Source: a phage. From it: 64,000 nucleotides of DNA. The position numbers and the translations under genes are program-made. The notes below the pieces were generated by a model. That model saw only the letters and a list, made by a program, of their open reading frames with translations. It was not told the DNA's origin and did not search any database. Where the stretch lies: the NCBI GenBank assembly GCA_020619395.1, contig GCA_020619395.1_4860.1. The stretch is one strand, 5' to 3'. Positions 36,035 to 46,507 of this stretch are shown in pieces (position 1 is the stretch's first letter; every line of letters begins with the position of its first letter).

Positions 36035-38212
36035 TTACGATAACGGTATCGTTGGCCGCACCCACGGTTTAGGGGCAGATTTGGTATACGGATTACATTC
36101 CATCATTTTACCGAGATACGCATCGTAATACACGAAGCGATCGACATAGAACCTCTCCACCGGTGTACTACTGGTAGCCGATTTCACCCGGTTGCGTTCC
36201 ACAGCGAGGCCAATCACCCCGGTAGGCGCGGGTTTTAGGGTGAACATTACCGCACGGTTGTAACGCCAAGTGTCGTGCACAATATCAAACTCCGATACAC
36301 TGTGTGCCATGATACCAAACAATGTGGTGGCTGGTAAGTTGGCTACAGCATCGCCGTATGGTGTTCCCACCAAACCGCCGGGTATGTTTTGCTTTTTGAA
36401 CAGCGTACCTGAAATAATCGTACCTAAGAACTCCACAACTACAGGTTTGGTTGGGTCGGTGACTTTATCTATCCCATCCGCACTGGCCAATCGGTTGGCA
36501 TCTAAATCTGCGAGGTAGTCGAGGAACTCTTGGTACTCGTCGGTGACATTCGGTTTCACCGTTCCGACGGATACCCAGTTGACGATACTTTTATTCCCAC
36601 CGACGGCTTCGCCTGCCATCCCAGGGCGAGTCCATGACATCCCGTCTTCACGACCGTAGACATAGACCGGCGAGCCGGTAGCCGGGGTGTTCCATTGCTC
36701 GAACGCTGTATATCGTCCCGGCTGGCCCCAATCGCCACCAGGACCGCCATAGTAGCGACTCTGGTAGCCGGTAAATTGTGCGACGACTAACTGGGTAGCA
36801 CCGCCTTTGTCACGGGACCCAGCTAAGCCGTTACGGTTATTGGTGCCGCTGGGTACCGCCGCGCCTGGCCCGAGAGGCGCACCACCAGCTCCACCGATCT
36901 TGGTGGTGCTAAACGCATAGTAGTCGCCCCCACCCCCACCTCCGGCGATGGTGCCGTAGTTTTCGATGGTGACTTTGCCGCGGAAGGCATCGGTAATGTG
37001 GATTGCGTCAGCTCCGTCTGCTGATGTGTTCGCAGGCAGAGAATAGACCATACCCGAACCACCACGACCAAGAATGGTTCCCCGGTTAACGAAGTTCCAA
37101 ACCACCTCGCCAATTTGCGGCAATTCGTCGATAACGAACGTCGGTTTCAGGTTGCTGTCGCGATAAACGAAAGCCCCCGCATCTACGGTCACGTTAACAA
37201 ACAAACGCCCGCACGCCGCATGGTTGGTCAACGTCGTGGCCCAGTAGCTGTCCGAAACTTGCGACGTAGTTGTGTAGTTCAGGTTAAGGGTTTGCTCGTT
37301 ATCTTGATAGCGTGCCACATTCAACGTGGCACTGCCCATGACTTTGTACGAACCCTCCACAGGTGCCAATTGCACTTGTCTTGGCCACTCGCCTGCCAGG
37401 TCCTCTACGGGAGCAATTTCGTTTACATCAAAAACACTCCGAATGCCGAGTGTCTCGATGGCCAGAGCATCATGCAGGCTACCGGTGAAATCATCCGGGA
37501 CGTATGTGGTTTTGCCTGCATATGTCTCGAGTTTGTTACGTGAAAAGAACACATACTTCGTTCCAAACATCCCGCTCCCCGGTCTAGCGGTCAAAGCCAC
37601 GACGCTGTTATACGCAGAGGTTTGGCCTATATCCTCCGGGGACATCGGGGCGCTGACATCGACTTTATCAAGATCCACGATCCGTTTGGTTGCATTAGAG
37701 TAGAAGTTAATCCACTGCTGTTTATTCGCAGCCTTTAGCGTGAGAATGATGTTGGTAACAGTGTAGACGGTGTTGATATCCACGTCACCGTTTATCACAT
37801 CTAGCGTTTGGCTGCCGTACCAGACAAGACTTGTCTGTTTCGCCTGGAACGTGATGCGCGCAGCATTGTTTGTCCAAGTGATAGGCAGGTCTTCAAAGTC
37901 GTCGGTTAAAAAGGTAATCCCCAGTAAAGTGTCTAAATGCGGCAACAGTTCGTGAATGGATGCACAAGTGGGAATGGCATCCAACTTAACCTTAGCGAAA
38001 TAATCAGCAATATTTTGCTTCGTGACTTGGGCCGTAATTTGACCGTAATTTGAATACCCCGGACCCCCTGTCAGTGTGACGTCTAGGGTTTTTTCGTCAC
38101 GATGCGCCACGGACACCAGGCGTACGTTAGCGGGGTCTACTGCTTTGGCGACCGCGTTTTTACGGTTGAGCGACCGAATCACGGTCGCCACTAAATCGGG
38201 AGTGTAGGACAT
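36035..38212 (-). CDS. paralogue-family structural protein (725 aa), Gly-rich C-terminal half
   Basis: N-terminal domain weakly similar to array paralogues; GGGGGDYYAF..GGPGGDWGQPG region; C-terminal YTKSAPKPW motif shared with 439 aa neighbour. Confidence 0.6.
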   Translation of the reverse strand: MSYTPDLVATVIRSLNRKNAVAKAVDPANVRLVSVAHRDEKTLDVTLTGGPGYSNYGQITAQVTKQNIADYFAKVKLDAIPTCASIHELLPHLDTLLGITFLTDDFEDLPITWTNNAARITFQAKQTSLVWYGSQTLDVINGDVDINTVYTVTNIILTLKAANKQQWINFYSNATKRIVDLDKVDVSAPMSPEDIGQTSAYNSVVALTARPGSGMFGTKYVFFSRNKLETYAGKTTYVPDDFTGSLHDALAIETLGIRSVFDVNEIAPVEDLAGEWPRQVQLAPVEGSYKVMGSATLNVARYQDNEQTLNLNYTTTSQVSDSYWATTLTNHAACGRLFVNVTVDAGAFVYRDSNLKPTFVIDELPQIGEVVWNFVNRGTILGRGGSGMVYSLPANTSADGADAIHITDAFRGKVTIENYGTIAGGGGGGDYYAFSTTKIGGAGGAPLGPGAAVPSGTNNRNGLAGSRDKGGATQLVVAQFTGYQSRYYGGPGGDWGQPGRYTAFEQWNTPATGSPVYVYGREDGMSWTRPGMAGEAVGGNKSIVNWVSVGTVKPNVTDEYQEFLDYLADLDANRLASADGIDKVTDPTKPVVVEFLGTIISGTLFKKQNIPGGLVGTPYGDAVANLPATTLFGIMAHSVSEFDIVHDTWRYNRAVMFTLKPAPTGVIGLAVERNRVKSATSSTPVERFYVDRFVYYDAYLGKMMECNPYTKSAPKPWVRPTIPLS

Positions 38213-38226
38213 GGTGACACCTTAGT

Positions 38227-39546
38227 CTATAGCGGTGGATACCAAGGGACCGGGGCGGTTTTGCTATATGGACTGTAGACCATATAGCCGCCTTTGCTTG
38301 GGTCGTAATAGATGAAATAGTTACAGTAATTCGAGTAAATGCTCGTCATTTGTTTGGATTGGTATCCGTTACGGTATAGTCCCTGGTAAGTAATAGCTGA
38401 TGTCGTGGTGGTGTAAGCAGTGTGGTACAGTACCCGACGCCGGTTAGCAATACTTTCTTGGAACATTTCTTCGGTCGGAAACGCGTGTTGCATCAGCCGT
38501 CGAATACTCCCGGTACAGTATCGAGTGCCATACGGGGAACCCGTTAAATCATCCGCAGTTTCAGGCGATTCTGCCCGAGTCAACACGTACTCGTTTTGAT
38601 ACAACGTGACGCTCATCGAATTTGGGCTGGTTTCCCGGAAACTCATGTAACGCGCATAACGTTCGACGTCCTCTTCCTGCGCCAAATAGGCCACGTTATT
38701 TTTCGGACCAAAGTGCAAGAAGAACGGACGGCGGAGATTACCCATATCCTCAGGTGGCGTCAACTTCACGCAGTAATTGTACTCCCCACGCATATCAGGG
38801 TCTAAGCCTGGGTTGTTATTGCGTGTAGCGACATACCCATAGAGGTCATACGGGTTATCAGTAGCAGCATTACCGATAGTGAACGGGATGCCCGACCATG
38901 CCGACAGCGCCGCGATGAACTGGGTCATGTACGAGTTACTGTTTAGTCGCAGCGGGGTACCCATCGGGATATTGATTATCTGTTGGGTGTACATGCTCCA
39001 GTCGAGTCGATAGACCGTGCTGTAAACATCCATGGGTTCCCAAGCTCCGGTTTCGGTGGTGTGGTACAAGTCGGCAAAGCTGGGCTCTTCACGAATAAAG
39101 CTAATAGGAATGTGACCCGTGAATGCGGGGTTATCCGATTTAATCGCCACCGTCCGATCGCCCGTTGCCACAGTGATCATTGCAAACTGGCTGTCAGGAT
39201 ACGTTAAATCGTCAGCAGTAAGCACCAGCCCACAAGCTGCGGAAATCCGGTCGATGATGTCGCGGTAGGACGTCGCCCGATAAGGTACTTTAACCGGTAC
39301 GCTGACGCCTTTAAAATACTGCGAAAGGTTTAAGCGGTCGTAGTAGATGTCCATCTTACCGCTGTAACCGCCACCCTGTAATCCGTTTACCACTATACGG
39401 CTGTTGCGGCCATCGCGCAAGGCATTGGTTAAAGGACCTTGTAATAACGCCACGTTGGTTGCGTTGAGTGGTTTCTTGAGCTGCGGGTTATCACGATTAA
39501 TCTGATCCCAAACCAGCTGCATGACAGGTTTGTTATAGTTGATCAT
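38227..39546 (-). CDS. paralogue-family protein (439 aa)
   Basis: N-terminal ..INRDNP..RNS..IYYDRLNL domain; C-terminal YSKTAPVPWYPPL. Confidence 0.65.
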   Translation of the reverse strand: MINYNKPVMQLVWDQINRDNPQLKKPLNATNVALLQGPLTNALRDGRNSRIVVNGLQGGGYSGKMDIYYDRLNLSQYFKGVSVPVKVPYRATSYRDIIDRISAACGLVLTADDLTYPDSQFAMITVATGDRTVAIKSDNPAFTGHIPISFIREEPSFADLYHTTETGAWEPMDVYSTVYRLDWSMYTQQIINIPMGTPLRLNSNSYMTQFIAALSAWSGIPFTIGNAATDNPYDLYGYVATRNNNPGLDPDMRGEYNYCVKLTPPEDMGNLRRPFFLHFGPKNNVAYLAQEEDVERYARYMSFRETSPNSMSVTLYQNEYVLTRAESPETADDLTGSPYGTRYCTGSIRRLMQHAFPTEEMFQESIANRRRVLYHTAYTTTTSAITYQGLYRNGYQSKQMTSIYSNYCNYFIYYDPSKGGYMVYSPYSKTAPVPWYPPL

Positions 39547-39557
39547 TGCAACGTCCT

Positions 39558-39593
39558 AAAAAAAGAAAATAGGCCCTTCAGGGCCTATTTTTA
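39558..39593. terminator. bidirectional rho-independent terminator
   Basis: stem aggccc-ttca-gggcct flanked by A-run and T-run. Confidence 0.7.
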
Positions 39594-39620
39594 GCTGTTA
39601 TGGTGAAGTACGCTATCCCT

Positions 39621-39713
39621 TTAACTCCAGCTGATTCGACCTGCGTGTTGGGGATTATCCCGCTGAATGAGCCGACACAACAGCTCAAGTGCAGTGGATG
39701 AGTAAAACCCCAT
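39621..39713 (-). pseudogene. 30-codon remnant of a family-A paralogue
   Basis: MGFYSSTALELLCRLIQRDNPQHAGRISWS* aligns with the N-termini of the A paralogues (MGLYSAPELELLCQQVVRDNPELAGRIS..); intact RBS aggag; premature stop. Confidence 0.5.
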
Positions 39714-39724
39714 ATTAGCTCCTG

Positions 39725-40627
39725 TTAGCTAAGAACCAGTTCGATAACGTGGACTACCGACGCGCTATTGGTCGAAGAGGTGTACGATGGTGTGTCTGGT
39801 GAGTTGCTGCGATAGTACCAGGGGGTGGCGTTGTCATAACCGTTGGCAAACAATGTTGCGCTTGAATCGGTTGGACTACCGCCGGAGCGCGCCGGTAAGT
39901 CGCCAAAACGTCTTACGACGCCCGCGTAGCGGAACAAGCTTGCGAACGTGTTGTGCCACTCGCCATCTTGAAAATAACCACCGCTGCTTAGGTAGGTGCT
40001 GTGCCCATAACTGTAGTCTCCGAGTCGAGGCAAACGTACCACATACTCGTAACCGTCTTTATTAAATGTCCGACGCTGGTTAGTGGTAGCGACGCCCCGT
40101 GGCGGGAAACCGTAGTCATCTGTTCCCCAGGCCAGACCTTGCTGGTATTGTTCGTTCCACGTCGTCCCTAAACGGGTCACCGTGTCAGGAATGAACAGAA
40201 TGCGTCCTTTGAAAACGAATTTATGGAACAATGTTGGAGCTTGGTTCCAGGCATTAAAGCCAATTAAACCATTCAGCTCGGCATGGTTAAGAATAAATTC
40301 TTCGTTTGTCAGTGTGCCAAAGTAGCCACGATGCCAATCGCCACGAATAAGTTCCTGTGGGCCGGGCCCTGTCATTGGAAAGTCGCCCTGTACAATCGGC
40401 AGCCCCATAACCTTTTCAGTGCCCTTTACCGCCACGATGCGATATTGATACGTTTTATACGCCTCGGTGGTCGTGTCCTCGTACGTCGTTGTGTTACCTG
40501 GTAGTGTTACAATAGGTTCCCCCGGTGCTACTGGGTTAACACTTTGTCTGGGGTTGTCGTAACGATAGATTTCAATGGAATCTAAAGTCTGACCTGGCTG
40601 TTGTTTCCAGTTTAAGATAATCGACAT
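39725..40627 (-). CDS. family-B paralogue 1 (300 aa)
   Basis: N-terminal Ig/FN3-like (..IEIYR..TY.Y.IVAVK) then TGPGPQ..GDWH.GYFG domain. Confidence 0.65.
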   Translation of the reverse strand: MSIILNWKQQPGQTLDSIEIYRYDNPRQSVNPVAPGEPIVTLPGNTTTYEDTTTEAYKTYQYRIVAVKGTEKVMGLPIVQGDFPMTGPGPQELIRGDWHRGYFGTLTNEEFILNHAELNGLIGFNAWNQAPTLFHKFVFKGRILFIPDTVTRLGTTWNEQYQQGLAWGTDDYGFPPRGVATTNQRRTFNKDGYEYVVRLPRLGDYSYGHSTYLSSGGYFQDGEWHNTFASLFRYAGVVRRFGDLPARSGGSPTDSSATLFANGYDNATPWYYRSNSPDTPSYTSSTNSASVVHVIELVLS

Positions 40628-40630
40628 GTT

Positions 40631-41629
40631 TTACTCCACTAACTCGATAACGAATGCGTACAAACCGACCTTCTCAGCACTGTCAATTAACGTAACTTGG
40701 GAGAGGTTACGTTTCGACGTATTGGTTATGCTTGAATCGATAGGCGCAGACCCGCGAACCAGAACTAATCCCGATTCAGGATCACGTTCTTGGCACAAGA
40801 AACCTTTGCCTTGGTAAGCGCTACCGCTCCCATAAATGGACGCTGGACTAATATTAGTCCAGTTAGGGAGCATTTGTTTGTTAGGGATACAATCTCCGAA
40901 CGGATAAACAAAATCGTTATATTCGCAGCGACCATATTCCAAGTCATCATGGTCTGCGTTTCGCAACGATTCATCCAATGTCATTACTGTCGGTTCGTCC
41001 CCGTCGGTTAAACCGCGCAGCAATCGCATCCGATAGGTGTCGCCTTGCCATTCAAACAACCCACTCTGGTCAACACCTGCCAAATCCCCACGTCCGTTAT
41101 CAGGACCAAATCCATCAACACCGTACACAAGCCCCGCGTTATAAATGTCATTCCACGAGTAAAGTGTAGAGTTAAATCGTCCGCCGCTGTTCATCATGTA
41201 GTAAACTTTACCATGTCGATAAAACTTGTTCATGATTAGCGTGCCCGTGCCCGATATCCCTGTTAATGCACGAAAGCCTGCAGGCAACGCGTCATAGGTC
41301 ATCTGTTCTTCGAACGGCAACTGCCCCAGAAACGCCAAGTCGTCAGTATCGGAATAGTTAATCTGGTCGACGCCACCCACACCACGACGGTTTTTAATGA
41401 CAATGGATTTTTGTGGACTACCTACGGTACGGCCGTTAACAGTTACTGTTAAAAGATACCAGTAACGGGTGTTAAGAATAACGGTTTCGTCCGTCCATTC
41501 CGTTTCGCCATTACTTAAAGTTGCAATAGGGGCTGGTAATGCGGCTGTATTTATTTTAGCCGTGCCCCGATAAATGTTAACAATTGAACCTGCCGGATTT
41601 TCATTTTTCCAGCGTAGTGTGAATGCCAT
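40631..41629 (-). CDS. family-C paralogue 1 (332 aa)
   Basis: MAFTLRWKN..VNIYRGT N-terminus; paralogous to 43996..44985 and 47441..48439. Confidence 0.65.
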   Translation of the reverse strand: MAFTLRWKNENPAGSIVNIYRGTAKINTAALPAPIATLSNGETEWTDETVILNTRYWYLLTVTVNGRTVGSPQKSIVIKNRRGVGGVDQINYSDTDDLAFLGQLPFEEQMTYDALPAGFRALTGISGTGTLIMNKFYRHGKVYYMMNSGGRFNSTLYSWNDIYNAGLVYGVDGFGPDNGRGDLAGVDQSGLFEWQGDTYRMRLLRGLTDGDEPTVMTLDESLRNADHDDLEYGRCEYNDFVYPFGDCIPNKQMLPNWTNISPASIYGSGSAYQGKGFLCQERDPESGLVLVRGSAPIDSSITNTSKRNLSQVTLIDSAEKVGLYAFVIELVE

Positions 41630-41639
41630 CTGTTACTCC

Positions 41640-43082
41640 TTAGAAGCCGTTCAACTCACCGTTCGCGGTTGCTAAATCTGTTTTAAGTGGAGGTTCTGCC
41701 TGAGTAGGCGGTAGTGGACGCGGTGCGTCGACGTGTGGTTCAAGTACAACCATCGGCCTAACTGTACCTACGCTGTTCGACACTGTCGATAACGGCAGCG
41801 CAGTATCGACGTTTGGTTCACCCACCACAATCGGGCTGATAGGTTCTTCCACCTGTTCCGCAGTTGTTGCTAGAGGTCTCGGCGCATCTGTTGTCGCAAC
41901 CTCGACTGCAAGAGGGCGAATGCTATCAGGTTGTGGTGATGGTACATTAGGAATAACCCTAACGCGCCACACAACATCCCCTTCCACATCAGCTAAAGAT
42001 AAGACGATGTCGTCCTTATTGATTTCCTCTAAAACAGGCCACCAGTAAGTGGTATCTGTAAGGGTTACCCATTCAACTGAGCCACCGCGCATATTGCAAC
42101 GTTGTACTTTAACAGGGTTACCCCCGGTTAACAGTTGTTGCGTGAAGAAGACGGTGGTTCTGGTTAACGTGGTGTCATTTGCCCAGTCGCCGCCCGTAGA
42201 ACCGTCACCGAGTTGTGAAATAAGCCACAACGGTGTGGCCTTTGATAAATCAGGGCTAACCGGAACGGAGACGCGGTAATAATGCGTCTTGTTATTCTCA
42301 GTTTTCGTGACAATCAAAGCCTGGTCAACAGGTTCGATACCGTCTGGATACGGACCAGTGTCACCTGTACCGAAAATGGCACCCGCTTGATAAAGGGCCG
42401 TCCAGGTTGCTGTTAACGTTCCGGTAGTCGGTAGATAAACAATCTTACCATCCTTGAAAAATTTCAACCATTCGAAAGTCATTTTCGTTGGGGCAACATC
42501 AGGACGAATTAGGTTGTTTAGTTCAGCAAAGGTAAATAACTCTTGCTGAGAAACGTGGCCGAAGTATCCGTTTGTGCTGTCCCCTGCCAACAAATATTTA
42601 TTGCCTGGCCCAGAATCTGGATAGTAGCCCACGGCTTCATTCAAATAATCGACCGGGATATAGCCGCGATAGCATACGCTATTATACGCGGTTAAATTAA
42701 TACGTGTTGGCGTTGCCAGCGATTTGATAGGCGCGTCTACCGACTGTACACTGCTATCAGATAACCAAACACCGTATAAATCGCGTAGAGCTGGGAGAAG
42801 ATCCCGCACGGTCTTGGCCGTTTGTGGTACGTAGACGCGCGGAGCTATTTTAAATAGATCTGATAATGTTAAACGGTCGTAATAAACCGTGCACTCCCCA
42901 GAGAAACCTTTACCGGGTTTACCTACCAACGTAATTACCGTGTTACGACCATTCTTAGTGGTCTCGGCAGGAATACCCCTCACCCCAATCGAATCAGCGC
43001 TGATTCTTCCTGCGAGTTCAGGGTTATCCCTTACGACTTGTTGGCAGAGCAATTCCAGTTCGGGTGCGCTATACAATCCCAT
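41640..43082 (-). CDS. family-A paralogue 1 (480 aa)
   Basis: N-domain (RDNP..RNT..VYYDRLTL), SGPG..GYFG..ELF domain, C-terminal NGELNGF; RBS aggag. Confidence 0.65.
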   Translation of the reverse strand: MGLYSAPELELLCQQVVRDNPELAGRISADSIGVRGIPAETTKNGRNTVITLVGKPGKGFSGECTVYYDRLTLSDLFKIAPRVYVPQTAKTVRDLLPALRDLYGVWLSDSSVQSVDAPIKSLATPTRINLTAYNSVCYRGYIPVDYLNEAVGYYPDSGPGNKYLLAGDSTNGYFGHVSQQELFTFAELNNLIRPDVAPTKMTFEWLKFFKDGKIVYLPTTGTLTATWTALYQAGAIFGTGDTGPYPDGIEPVDQALIVTKTENNKTHYYRVSVPVSPDLSKATPLWLISQLGDGSTGGDWANDTTLTRTTVFFTQQLLTGGNPVKVQRCNMRGGSVEWVTLTDTTYWWPVLEEINKDDIVLSLADVEGDVVWRVRVIPNVPSPQPDSIRPLAVEVATTDAPRPLATTAEQVEEPISPIVVGEPNVDTALPLSTVSNSVGTVRPMVVLEPHVDAPRPLPPTQAEPPLKTDLATANGELNGF

Positions 43083-43093
43083 GAAGTCTCCTG

Positions 43094-43993
43094 TTAAGGC
43101 AGAACGAGTTCAAGTACCGCAATGGAGCGTATTGTAGTGGTACCGTAGTTACTCCATGCCGGCGACTCAGGGTAAGGTGGACGGTTGTACCACTGACTGG
43201 ACGTGTTATTCATAGCCGCAAAGAATGCAGATTGTTGGGCAGTAACCGAATCGATTGAACCGACCGGAAGGTCGTCAAAGCGCGGAAACTGCCCACTGTA
43301 GTTGTACAGGCGCGCGAAGGTGTTAAACCACTCACCGTCGAGATACAACTCAGTGTTACCGCTTCCAACGTAAGACGTCCAGTATTTGTAGTCGAACAAA
43401 TACGGCAAGCGCACCACGTATTCGTAACCGTTCTTCGCCACCGTGCGGCGTTGGTTACGTGCAGTAGCCCAGCCCGGTACATATCCATTGCCATCCTGGC
43501 CGTACATCATCCCCTGGTTATAAATGAACTGCGGGCTAGCGTTTATTATCGAGTTATCGGACATAAACAGAATACGGTTTTTGTAAATGAATTTATGCCA
43601 GGCACCAACGGCGGAACTGAACATATTCACCACGAGGCCGTTCAGTTCCGTGTTAGTGAATAACTCTGCTGGCGTTACTGTTCCAAAGTATCCAGCGTGC
43701 CAGTCGCCGTATAACAGTTTCTGGGGGCCAGGCCCGGTGTCTAAAAAGAACCCTTGGGCGGTAGGGGTGTTGAAGACACGCTCACCGTCTTTAACCGCAG
43801 CTATCCAATAACGGTAAGTGGTGTTGTTTTCCACAGCGTTGTCTTCGTACGATGTAGCGTCACCCGGAAGGGTTGCCAGAGGCGTTCCCGGTGCATTAAC
43901 ATCAATTGTGGCGTTGCCCGGCGTCTTGCGATAGATTTCGATGTTATCGAGCGCCTGTGGCTTCCGTTGTGCAAAGTGTAATGTAATAGGCAT
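43094..43993 (-). CDS. family-B paralogue 2 (~300 aa)
   Basis: ORF runs to 44029; ATG at 43993 (MPITLHFAQ..) has RBS gagga and abuts upstream stop. Confidence 0.65.
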   Translation of the reverse strand: MPITLHFAQRKPQALDNIEIYRKTPGNATIDVNAPGTPLATLPGDATSYEDNAVENNTTYRYWIAAVKDGERVFNTPTAQGFFLDTGPGPQKLLYGDWHAGYFGTVTPAELFTNTELNGLVVNMFSSAVGAWHKFIYKNRILFMSDNSIINASPQFIYNQGMMYGQDGNGYVPGWATARNQRRTVAKNGYEYVVRLPYLFDYKYWTSYVGSGNTELYLDGEWFNTFARLYNYSGQFPRFDDLPVGSIDSVTAQQSAFFAAMNNTSSQWYNRPPYPESPAWSNYGTTTIRSIAVLELVLP

Positions 43994-43995
43994 GA

Positions 43996-44985
43996 TTAAT
44001 CCTCGATAAGCTCGATTACTGGAATCCAAATACCGCCCACGGTCGCACCAGGGACATGTTGTATACGCTGGAGGTTATCCACGGTATCAGTGGAATCCGC
44101 CGCCGCCAATCCGCGCGTCAGCCCCAACTTACGTTCTGGGTCAAACTCCTGACAATGCGCCCCACGGCCTGCCACCAGCGATCCATTTCCGAATATGCTG
44201 GAGTTCGACCACTTTATCAGGGACATCACTTTTTTCTTTTCTGGGAACCAGCTACTTATCCCATAGATGAGTCGGTTGTATTCGCTATCGGCAGTATACG
44301 GTGACGCGTCATGGAGTTTACCGTCCCACTGTGCATCGAGTGTCATGACCGGGCTTTCACTGTCGAGTGTTAAACCGCGCAGCAGGCGCATCCGATAGCG
44401 GTCACCCAACCACGTAAACTCCCCAGCCTGGTCAACGTCAGGTAAATCGCCATGACCGCCTTCCGGACCAGGTCCCGCCACACCGTACAGCAAACCCGCG
44501 TTATAAATCGCATCACGGCTATACAGCGTGTTGCCGTTCACACGAAGACCACTAAACAGATACAGAATTTTACCGTCTAGCTGGAACTTCATCAAGCCCG
44601 GCTTAACAGTTGGGTCGTATCCAGAAAGGGCCACAAACCCTGGCGGATAATCACCCGCGCTAGGTAATTCACCGTACGCCACGTACCCGTAATACGCAAA
44701 GCGGTCATCACCGTACTGTGGAGCCACGATGCCGATACCGCGACGGTTCTGAATTAGAATTGATTTCTGCGGACTGAACAGTGTCCGACTTCCCACTGTC
44801 ACGGTGGTCATGTAGTAATACGTTGTCCCCAGTATCGCTGTTCGGTCAGTATACTCAGTTTCCCCGTTAGTGAACGTTGCCAGGGGTTCAGGTAATGCCG
44901 TACGCACCAGAGGTTTGGTGTCGCGGTACAGCTTCACGGTCGAAGCCCCAGGGTTATTGTTCGTCCAACGAATTGTAAAAGCCAT
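43996..44985 (-). CDS. family-C paralogue 2 (329 aa)
   Basis: MAFTIRWTN..VKLYRDT; AGPGPEGGHGDLP motif. Confidence 0.65.
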   Translation of the reverse strand: MAFTIRWTNNNPGASTVKLYRDTKPLVRTALPEPLATFTNGETEYTDRTAILGTTYYYMTTVTVGSRTLFSPQKSILIQNRRGIGIVAPQYGDDRFAYYGYVAYGELPSAGDYPPGFVALSGYDPTVKPGLMKFQLDGKILYLFSGLRVNGNTLYSRDAIYNAGLLYGVAGPGPEGGHGDLPDVDQAGEFTWLGDRYRMRLLRGLTLDSESPVMTLDAQWDGKLHDASPYTADSEYNRLIYGISSWFPEKKKVMSLIKWSNSSIFGNGSLVAGRGAHCQEFDPERKLGLTRGLAAADSTDTVDNLQRIQHVPGATVGGIWIPVIELIED

Positions 44986-44997
44986 TGTCGTTACCTC

Positions 44998-46494
44998 TTA
45001 TTGGAATCCATCCAACTCACCGTTAGTATCGCCCAGAGTAATTTTTGAAGGTTGGGCGATTTGGTCAGTCGTGAGAATAATCGGTCTAATCTTAACGCTA
45101 GCCATGCCTGTTACCGCGACGGAATATGCACGTTCATCATTGTCCGTCGTGGCAAGCAGAGGACGTGGTGAGTCTGATGACGCTTCCCGCAGCCAGGCAG
45201 GGGTGGCAGTTTCGGTGTTGTCGGTGTTGAAAACTAACGGACGTGGATTCGCTGCGGCGGAGGTTTCCGTAATAGGCACCACACGAAGCGATTCATTTTG
45301 GTCGATGTCCGTCAGAGTAACCACGGACGGTGCCCATGTTAGCTCTGCACCTTCGTCAATCAACGGCACAGGTTCATTGGCAACATCAAACATCTCCAGG
45401 ATTGGCCAAAAGCCAGAAGAGGTGTAGATGTAGGTGTTTGAACGATAGCTCGCGCTGATAGACTGGTAATACGCTTGGTCGGCACCGAACTGGTGTCGTA
45501 ACCACACGTAATCCAGGAAGTTAGCATCAGTCGTGCTAAGAGTTCCCCACTCCCCATATACGTTCACCGACCCCAATTTGCTGGTCAGTGACAGGATAGA
45601 GGTGATTGACGGCGGTTTACTCCAATCAGGCGCGGCGGCGTTCTCGGTGTAATACGGGATAGACATTCTGAAATAATGCGTTCCTTCATCATCCCGTTTT
45701 ACCATGTATTTCAACTGTTCAACATCGACAGGTGTGTAAGTCGACTTCGGGCGAGGTCCTGCGTCTCCGGAATCAAATATTGCACCCTTGTTGTACAGGT
45801 CTGCCCAGGTAACGTTGCAAATCGCACGGGTCGGAACAAACACTACCGCCCCATTCAGAAAGAATTTGAGCCACTTGATAGCGTAGCGGTTAGGCCAGTT
45901 GGTGCCGTTATAAAGGGCATACACCATTTCATCAGATGTGAATAACTCTTCCGCGCTTACCAGCCCAAAGAATCCGTATAACTCATTACCAGCCATTAAT
46001 CCTTTTGGCCCAGGACCCGACTTCGGATACATCGCAATCGGTTCGTAAACATAGGTCATCTTGCATGACCCGGTATAGCACAAGGAGTTAGCGTGCGCCG
46101 TCAGAGTTACAGTTTCCGGCGTAGCGTATTTCATTAATGCAACGTTTGGACTGGTGATATCACTCGCGGTTAAGTTCAACCCGTTCAATTCATTGAACGC
46201 CGGTAACGCTTCCGCATGGGTTTGTGCGCTACGTGGAATACTCACCATATTCGGGCCAGACTTAAATAGACTGGCCAGATTCAACCGGTCGTAATATACC
46301 GTTATTTCCCCAGCAAATCCTTTACCGGGTTTTCCTACCAACGTAATCTGAGTGTTTCGTCCGTTAACGTTTTTCGCAACAGGAACACCCCTGACCCCAA
46401 TGGAGTCAGGGGTGATTTTTCCTGCTAAACCGGGATTGTCACGCACAATTTGTTGGCAGAGCAGTTCCATTGAAGGTTCTGTATACAACCCCAT
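44998..46494 (-). CDS. family-A paralogue 2 (498 aa)
   Basis: MGLYTEPSMELLCQQIVRDNP..; C-terminal TNGELDGFQ. Confidence 0.65.
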   Translation of the reverse strand: MGLYTEPSMELLCQQIVRDNPGLAGKITPDSIGVRGVPVAKNVNGRNTQITLVGKPGKGFAGEITVYYDRLNLASLFKSGPNMVSIPRSAQTHAEALPAFNELNGLNLTASDITSPNVALMKYATPETVTLTAHANSLCYTGSCKMTYVYEPIAMYPKSGPGPKGLMAGNELYGFFGLVSAEELFTSDEMVYALYNGTNWPNRYAIKWLKFFLNGAVVFVPTRAICNVTWADLYNKGAIFDSGDAGPRPKSTYTPVDVEQLKYMVKRDDEGTHYFRMSIPYYTENAAAPDWSKPPSITSILSLTSKLGSVNVYGEWGTLSTTDANFLDYVWLRHQFGADQAYYQSISASYRSNTYIYTSSGFWPILEMFDVANEPVPLIDEGAELTWAPSVVTLTDIDQNESLRVVPITETSAAANPRPLVFNTDNTETATPAWLREASSDSPRPLLATTDNDERAYSVAVTGMASVKIRPIILTTDQIAQPSKITLGDTNGELDGFQ

Positions 46495-46507
46495 GGTATT
46501 TACTCCA

